A DNA stretch of 64,000 bases from Gemmatales bacterium (GTDB lineage Bacteria > Planctomycetota > Planctomycetia > Gemmatales > HRBIN36): assembly GCA_035430005.1 (NCBI GenBank), contig DAOMFV010000009.1:40-64039 (forward strand), written 5' to 3'. Shown piece by piece: positions 58,162 through 64,000 of the stretch; positions within the stretch are counted from its first letter, which is position 1, and each line of letters begins with the position of its first letter. Both the position numbers and the translations under genes were made by a program. Under the pieces are notes generated by a model. It was given only the letters and a program-made list of their open reading frames with translations, had not been told where the DNA came from and did no database searches.

Positions 58162-60099
58162 GTGCATCTCTTTGGCCCAGTTCTTCGCTATGATCTGGTC
58201 TGCACCGCCCGGCGGGCACGTTACTTCGTCATGCGTTTCTTCTATGCGCTGTTGCTCTTTCTGGTGCTGTATGTCTTTTACATCTGGAAGCTGAAGAGCA
58301 TCACCACCGAGAGGATCGCCCACAAGCTCCTGATCGATTTCGCTGAACTGTTCAGCTACATGTATCTTTTGATTCAGTACCTGCTGGTGCTCATCATGAC
58401 GCCCGCGTACGTCGGCTCTGCCATCGCTGAGGAAAAGGAACGGCGAACACTCGAGTTTCTGCTGGCGACTGATCTACGCAGTCAAGAGATCATTTTCGGC
58501 AAAGTGGCTTCACGTCTCGGAAATATGCTGATGTTCCTCTTGGCGGGGCTGCCCGTGCTGGCGTTTGTACTCTTCTTTGGCGGAGTCGACCCCGAACTGC
58601 TCAAGAACGGCTTCCTCGCCACACTGGCGACGTTATTCAGTCTGACCGCCGTCAGCATCGTCTGTTCGGTGCAGGCCAAGCGCAGCCGGGATGGCATTCT
58701 CCGCTCATACTTTGTGGTAGCTGGCTATTTCATCTTCGGTTTCCTGCTGAGTTGGCTGGTCACCATTTTGCAAGGCAGATTCTTTGGCAGTGGAACGATA
58801 TGGAAGCTCGATGATTCCGACTTGACGCTCAAATCTCTCTGCTATTTCACCGAGTACTATCTCAGCGGCGACATGTTCCATGCCATTTATCTCTACGCCA
58901 CCAACTACGCCGCCCCGTTGATGGGAAGCAAGTCATGGACCGGAGTAGACCTCGGGACTTCACTGGATGCCCTGCTGCGCAATTATCTCATCTTCCATAT
59001 CACCCTGGCCATTCTCTGCCTGCTCTATGCTGTCTGGCAACTGCGCCCGATCTTTGTCCGACAAACTTATGGAGATACTCGGCGAAGACGCCCCCAGTCG
59101 CTTGCAGCTCAAACAGCGACACAAACCTCACTTCCCAAACGATTTGACGGCACCTCCGATACAGAAAAAATGATTAAGCCCCGTGGTCGCCGTTATCAAC
59201 TGCGTAACTGGCCACCGATGGTGTGGAAAGAGCTCCTTGTGCCCAGGCAGTCCAAACGTACCTGGCGTGCCAGGATGTTTACCGCTGCTCAATGGGCTGT
59301 CTTTCTTTTACCCATTCCCATCATCATTTTGTTCACCAGCAATTTCCGATATGTGAGATGGGATGATCTCGGTCAGAGTTTGAATATGTATGCTCGGATC
59401 GCCGGTACGGTCTGTATGGTCTTGATGATCTTTGCCGCCGGCATTCGTGCCGCCAACGCCGTCTGCAATGAACGAGATCAAGAAACGCTGGACACCCTGC
59501 TGTCAACCGTCTTGACCGACAAAAATATCATCTGGGGCAAGTGGCTCGGTGCCGCACTGGGCCATGGCACATCCATGTACCTGTTGCTGATTATCTGGAT
59601 CATCTGCCTTCTCACCGGTGGTTTGGCCTTTGATGCTGTGCTCTTGCTTATGCTTGCTCTGGTTATCTACAGTGGGTTTGCCAGCGCCATCGGTCTGTTC
59701 TTCAGTGCTGGAGCAAGAAATACAACTCGATCACTATTAGGAACTCTCTTCTGGCTCATCATCTGGATGGGCGGGCATTGGGTCTTCCTCGGACTGATTC
59801 TTCTGTTCACTGCTTCAGGAGACATGCGGGAAGTCACTAACTTCCTCATTGGCATGACCCCACCCTTTGTATTGTTCTCATTCGCTTACCCGATTTCCAG
59901 TTTTGGCCACGATGAGTTCATGAGCTTGGGACAATTTCAGCGCTTTGCCTGGATCGGCCTGTTTCTCAACGTTCTGCTGACGCTATTATTCCTGGCTTTG
60001 GCTCAGCAGCGCTTCTACCTCAATACGGGCCGGATTCATAATTTGGTAAGGAGATCTGTTCCGCCCACGATTCCTTCATCTGCACCGGCTAACGACTAG
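58162..60099 (+). CDS. Internally duplicated ABC-2-type permease-like membrane protein (645 aa)
   Basis: Two copies of the ABC-2 loop motif are present: EEKERRTLEFLLATDL (~58429..58480) and ERDQETLDTLLSTVLT (~59470..59517). Each is followed by multiple helices. The GTG start lies 2 nt after the PMI stop, and the N-terminus aligns with that of the next gene. Confidence 0.7.
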   Translation: MHLFGPVLRYDLVCTARRARYFVMRFFYALLLFLVLYVFYIWKLKSITTERIAHKLLIDFAELFSYMYLLIQYLLVLIMTPAYVGSAIAEEKERRTLEFLLATDLRSQEIIFGKVASRLGNMLMFLLAGLPVLAFVLFFGGVDPELLKNGFLATLATLFSLTAVSIVCSVQAKRSRDGILRSYFVVAGYFIFGFLLSWLVTILQGRFFGSGTIWKLDDSDLTLKSLCYFTEYYLSGDMFHAIYLYATNYAAPLMGSKSWTGVDLGTSLDALLRNYLIFHITLAILCLLYAVWQLRPIFVRQTYGDTRRRRPQSLAAQTATQTSLPKRFDGTSDTEKMIKPRGRRYQLRNWPPMVWKELLVPRQSKRTWRARMFTAAQWAVFLLPIPIIILFTSNFRYVRWDDLGQSLNMYARIAGTVCMVLMIFAAGIRAANAVCNERDQETLDTLLSTVLTDKNIIWGKWLGAALGHGTSMYLLLIIWIICLLTGGLAFDAVLLLMLALVIYSGFASAIGLFFSAGARNTTRSLLGTLFWLIIWMGGHWVFLGLILLFTASGDMREVTNFLIGMTPPFVLFSFAYPISSFGHDEFMSLGQFQRFAWIGLFLNVLLTLLFLALAQQRFYLNTGRIHNLVRRSVPPTIPSSAPAND

Positions 60100-60116
60100 A
60101 GGAAGTGCCGCTCTCC

Positions 60117-61979
60117 ATGCTTGGACCCATCTTTAATCGTGAAGTCATTACGGTTCCCCGTCATGCACGGCATTACCTGATTCGCACCCTGTACCTGGGA
60201 CTGTTGTTGGTGACAGGCGTCACCTTTTGGCAGACTCTCTACGGTTGGGGCAAGACGGTTACCCTGGGCGATTACTCGCACTTTGGTGTGCTGTTCTTCC
60301 AGCTTCTGAGCTTTCTGCAACTCACGCTGGTGATCTTCTTCTCATCACTCTTCGCCGCTGCTGCCGTCGCTCAGGAAAAAGATCGCCGCACGTTCATCCT
60401 CCTGCTAATGACCGATCTGCGCAATCATGAACTGGTGCTCGGAAAGCTCATGGGCAGTTTGATGCAGATGAGCATTCTCTTGATAGCTGCTTTGCCCGTT
60501 CTCGGCGCAGCGGTACTTCTGGGTGGTACGACGTTTCTCCAGGTCATTGATGCCTTTCTCGTACTGTTCGGTTCCGCTCTGGCTGCCGGTTCGTTAGGGT
60601 GCATGATCGCTCTTTGGCGTGACCGCACCTTCCAGACGCTGGCAGTCACCGTGCTGAGCCTGGTGCTCTATCTGGTTCTCGTCGAAGGATTGGGACTATT
60701 ATCAACTACGTTCCCTTCTCAGGAAGCCAACATTCTGTTCGCTCGTGAATGCTTGAACCCCTATCGGGTGCTCGTCCGCATTCTGTCGCCCAATAGTCAG
60801 CAGTTCCTTGGGTTGCTGAGCCTGCCCTTCTTTTTCACCATGCTCGGCATCACGATCGTCATTAATCTGATCAGCATCCTCATGCTGCGAGTCTGGAATC
60901 CCAGTAACGAGCGGATGCGCAGCCAGGAAGATGTCGAGGACGAATCAGAGAACGAGTTGGTAGCTGGCCGAGATCGCCATGCTGCCCCCGGCAAGTTGCG
61001 CGGCGTCTGGGAAAATCCCATCGCATGGCGCGAGATTGCTACCCGTGCCTATGGAACCAGGCCGCTCGTCATCAAGGCGCTATTTCTCGTCGTCATCGGC
61101 GTGCTGATCTGGGCTGCAGTCAATTCACTAGAGCGCTCCGACGGCTCCTTCATGTCAGCGGATGAAGTCTCACGTTTCAGTCTGGCACTGACTCTGGTTC
61201 CCATGATGATTTTGAGCTTTATCCTAGTCAATGCACAAGCGGTGACTTCAATCACCTCCGAACGTGATCTGGGTGCCCTCGAACTGCTTCTCGTCACTGA
61301 GCTAACGCCGTATGAGTTCATCTTCGGGAAAGTGCGGGGTATCCTCTACAACGCCAAAGAGATGATCGTCCCGCCCCTGCTGTTCATCTGCTGGCTTGGC
61401 TGGATGGGTTACATACCCATCGAAACGTTTGTCTTTGTCATCATCGTCATTCTTGTTCTCTATGCCTTTATCATTGCCCTAGGTATCCATGTCGCTCTCA
61501 GCCGTATCAATACCCGTTTGGCCATCGGCCTGAGTCTGGGAACCGTCTTTTTCATCTTCGTCTGCACATTCTTGTGCATTTACCTGATCTGGATCGGCGG
61601 ACAGTTTGAAGTGCAAATCACCAACTTCGCATTCTTTCTCTTTATCGGCATCGGTGGTTTGTGGATGGTGCTCAGCGGCGATAAGCCCAGTTCCGCCCTC
61701 TTCCTGGCATCAGTTCTGTGTCCGGTCGGGCTTTTCTATGCCATCACCAACGTCATGGTAGGCAACGTCCGCACCGGCGGCGGTGGCGATGCCCTCTGGC
61801 CGTTCCTCGTTGTTGTCGGCGCCTTCGGTTTCACGATTGCAGCCATTGCCGTTCCGCTGCTTAGCGAGTTTCATGTGGCCATCGCCTCGAGTGTCGTTGT
61901 GGAAGATGAAGAGACGGAAAAGCAGCGGTACAAATCGGACAGGAAACTGCGTGACAAGATCTTCTCCGAGCCAGCTTGA
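60117..61979 (+). CDS. Internally duplicated ABC-2-type permease-like membrane protein (paralogue of 58162..60099)
   Basis: Carries QEKDRRTFILLLMTDL (~60371..60418) and SERDLGALELLLVTELTP (~61258..61310). N-terminus MLGPIFNREVITVPRHARHYLIRTLY resembles LFGPVLRYDLVCTARRARYFVMRFFY in the upstream gene. GAGGAAG lies upstream of ATG 60117. The ORF is open from GTG 60105. Confidence 0.7.
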   Translation: MLGPIFNREVITVPRHARHYLIRTLYLGLLLVTGVTFWQTLYGWGKTVTLGDYSHFGVLFFQLLSFLQLTLVIFFSSLFAAAAVAQEKDRRTFILLLMTDLRNHELVLGKLMGSLMQMSILLIAALPVLGAAVLLGGTTFLQVIDAFLVLFGSALAAGSLGCMIALWRDRTFQTLAVTVLSLVLYLVLVEGLGLLSTTFPSQEANILFARECLNPYRVLVRILSPNSQQFLGLLSLPFFFTMLGITIVINLISILMLRVWNPSNERMRSQEDVEDESENELVAGRDRHAAPGKLRGVWENPIAWREIATRAYGTRPLVIKALFLVVIGVLIWAAVNSLERSDGSFMSADEVSRFSLALTLVPMMILSFILVNAQAVTSITSERDLGALELLLVTELTPYEFIFGKVRGILYNAKEMIVPPLLFICWLGWMGYIPIETFVFVIIVILVLYAFIIALGIHVALSRINTRLAIGLSLGTVFFIFVCTFLCIYLIWIGGQFEVQITNFAFFLFIGIGGLWMVLSGDKPSSALFLASVLCPVGLFYAITNVMVGNVRTGGGGDALWPFLVVVGAFGFTIAAIAVPLLSEFHVAIASSVVVEDEETEKQRYKSDRKLRDKIFSEPA

Positions 61980-61988
61980 AGGGACGAC

Positions 61989-62945
61989 ATGAGCTCCACA
62001 GAAGTCCTGTGCGTGGGCATCATCGTGGCGGATCACGTCTGCACACCCATTGATCATGTTCCCGCCGCGGGGGAACTGGTGCTGGCGGATGGCATGCTTC
62101 TTACCAGCGGAGGCTGCGCCGCCAACACGGCCGTTGATCTCGCCAAGATGGGCATTCGCTCATCGATTGTAGGCAGAGTGGGCGATGATCTTTTCGGCAA
62201 CATTGTTCGAGAGATGCTCACGAGAGATGGTGTCGATACCACGGGCATCATCAACACTCCCGGTGCCGATACCAGCCAGACCTTGATCATCATTGTCAAA
62301 GGCGAAGATCGTCGTTTCGTACATACCTTCGGAGCCAATGCCAGGCTTACCGCTGATGATATCTCTGGTGACTTGCTACAGGGCGTCAAAGTCCTCTACG
62401 TCGGCGGCTACCTGCTCATGCCTAACCTGCATCAGGCGGGCCTCGTTCAACTCTTCAAGAAGGCCCAGGCAGCAGGCATCAAAACCGTGCTTGATGTCGG
62501 CATTCCCGGCCCTGGTGAATACACCTCTCGTCTCTCTCAACTGCTGCCCCACGTTGATGTCTTCCTCCCTAACGATGACGAGGCAGAGATCATGCTCGGC
62601 GAATCAGACCCCTGTCAACAGGCGTTGCGGTTCCATGAAATGGGTGCAAAGACTGTCGTCATCACCTGTGGCGAACACGGTTCCTTCCTGGTCAACGATA
62701 ACGAACGCCTCGAATCGGGTATCTTTAAGATGGACTACGTCGATGGCTCCGGCAGTGGTGATGCTTTCGATGCGGGTTTCATCGTCGGCATGCTCCGCGG
62801 CCTGGATGCCCGTGGGTGCCTGAGCATGGCCAGCGCCCTTGGTGCTTCGTGCGTCCGCTCCGTCGGCACCACCCCCGGAGTCTTCACTGCTAAGGAATGC
62901 GACTCGTTCATGAAACAGAACAAACTCCATATCAAAACCTGGTAA
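61989..62945 (+). CDS. PfkB-family carbohydrate kinase
   Basis: GGCAANTA lies near the N-terminus, and DGSGSGDAFDAGFIVG is the PfkB signature 2 with the catalytic Asp. Confidence 0.85.
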   Translation: MSSTEVLCVGIIVADHVCTPIDHVPAAGELVLADGMLLTSGGCAANTAVDLAKMGIRSSIVGRVGDDLFGNIVREMLTRDGVDTTGIINTPGADTSQTLIIIVKGEDRRFVHTFGANARLTADDISGDLLQGVKVLYVGGYLLMPNLHQAGLVQLFKKAQAAGIKTVLDVGIPGPGEYTSRLSQLLPHVDVFLPNDDEAEIMLGESDPCQQALRFHEMGAKTVVITCGEHGSFLVNDNERLESGIFKMDYVDGSGSGDAFDAGFIVGMLRGLDARGCLSMASALGASCVRSVGTTPGVFTAKECDSFMKQNKLHIKTW

Positions 62946-62975
62946 CACAATCAATCAACTGAGTTCTGATAACTC

Positions 62976-63003
62976 AGGACTCAGCACTTAGGACTCAGCA
63001 CTA
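62976..63003 (+). repeat. 14-bp tandem duplication abutting the ROK kinase start codon
   Basis: AGGACTCAGCACTT (62976..62989) is followed directly by AGGACTCAGCACTA (62990..63003), a 13/14 match. The final A is the A of ATG 63003. Confidence 0.8.
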
Positions 63004-63971
63004 TGTATTACGTCGGGGCCGATGTTGGCGGACAAACCATCAAGGCCGGTGTGGTTGATGACAAAGGCAATCCTGTTGGTGAACTCTCTATCGTTCCCAC
63101 TGAATCAGAACGAGGCAACGATCATTTCCTGGATCAACTCTGCAAGTCGATCCGCATGTCTGTTAGTGAAGCAGGATTAGACTTCAAACAGGTCAAAGCC
63201 ATCGGTGTAGCCACTCCTGGCCTGATGGATATTCCCAAAGGCTTGCTGACACACCCAGTCAACATGCCCGCACTGCGGCATGTGCCGGTGCGTGACTTTG
63301 TGCAGCACCATTTCAACATCCCGACCGCTTTTCAAAACGATGCCAACGCCGCCGCCTACGGCGAGTTCTGGGCCGGGGCAGGACGGGGTGCTAAGAGCCT
63401 GGTGCTCTTCACCCTCGGTACCGGTATCGGATGCGGTATTGTCTGGGATCACAAGATCATCGAAGGTGAACACAGTCATGGGGCCGAAGTGGGCCATATT
63501 ATCATCCAGGCCTGGGGCGGCCGGATGTGTGGCTGTGGCCAGTCTGGACATCTCGAAGCCTATGCTAGTGAGACGGCGCTGCGCAAGATCATTGCTGAGC
63601 ATCTTGAAGAACCACGGTCAGCTAATTCGCCCCTGTCCAAACTGGTGCAGGCAGAGGGTCTCAGTGCCAAGACGTTTTTCCGTGCTGTTGAACTGGGCGA
63701 TGTTGATGCCAATCAGATGGTTCAAGACGCAGCCTACGCTCTGGCCGTCGGAGCCACCTGCATGATGCACACCATCGATCCGGAAATGATCCTGTTCGGC
63801 GGCGGCATGAGCGTCGCAGCAGGGCCGGGCTTCCTCAATCGTATCCGCAATTGCATCAAGACCATCGCCTTGCCCATCCCGGCTCAGCACACCCGCGTCG
63901 AATACGCCTCCCTCGCTGAGAAAGCAGGCTACATCGGCGCCGCCGGTTGGGCCAAGCATTTGCACGGCTAA
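63003..63971 (+). CDS. ROK-family sugar kinase (glucokinase-like)
   Basis: N-terminal ATP-binding GADVGGQTIKAGVV and the ROK zinc motif CGCGQSGHLEAYAS are present. Confidence 0.85.
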   Translation: MYYVGADVGGQTIKAGVVDDKGNPVGELSIVPTESERGNDHFLDQLCKSIRMSVSEAGLDFKQVKAIGVATPGLMDIPKGLLTHPVNMPALRHVPVRDFVQHHFNIPTAFQNDANAAAYGEFWAGAGRGAKSLVLFTLGTGIGCGIVWDHKIIEGEHSHGAEVGHIIIQAWGGRMCGCGQSGHLEAYASETALRKIIAEHLEEPRSANSPLSKLVQAEGLSAKTFFRAVELGDVDANQMVQDAAYALAVGATCMMHTIDPEMILFGGGMSVAAGPGFLNRIRNCIKTIALPIPAQHTRVEYASLAEKAGYIGAAGWAKHLHG

Positions 63972-64000
63972 GTGATCTTGAAGAACAGAATAAATCTCCC

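Overview
This is a gene-dense chromosomal segment. By my calls, 45 protein-coding genes cover roughly 95% of the window. Spot counts of single 60-nt lines give about 55% GC in typical genes. I recognised no rRNA, tRNA, CRISPR array, transposase, integrase or phage gene. Most of the content is housekeeping: recG, cysS, mutS2-like, queF, acnA, a photolyase, pyrG, birA, nadC, an ispD-family gene, msrA, psd, an aminotransferase, sugar kinases and an M16 peptidase. The rest is envelope and signalling genes: two Hanks Ser/Thr kinases, Tat-exported ankyrin and NHL proteins, an HTTM membrane protein, giant TPR and HEAT proteins, and very large ABC-2-type permeases. That mix suggests a Planctomycetota-like organism, but this is inference only and unverified. 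Nothing looks like a mobile or defence island. The parts worth a second look are: (1) a kinase-pseudokinase-PilZ fusion at 6728-9661; (2) a split ABC-2 transporter locus at 51.5-62 kb, with one ATPase, three ~630-aa permease-like proteins, a 651-aa unknown protein, and an ispD-family/PMI/sugar-kinase operon; (3) an exported HEAT protein plus a 1318-aa protein with no motif I recognise, at 44.5-49.1 kb; (4) an HTTM protein and its membrane-anchored partner at 22.1-24.3 kb; (5) a MutS2 that ends after its KOW-like domain with no Smr; (6) a long U32 protein carrying the Fe-S cysteine pattern. All functional calls come from motif reading of the supplied translations. No database search was run.
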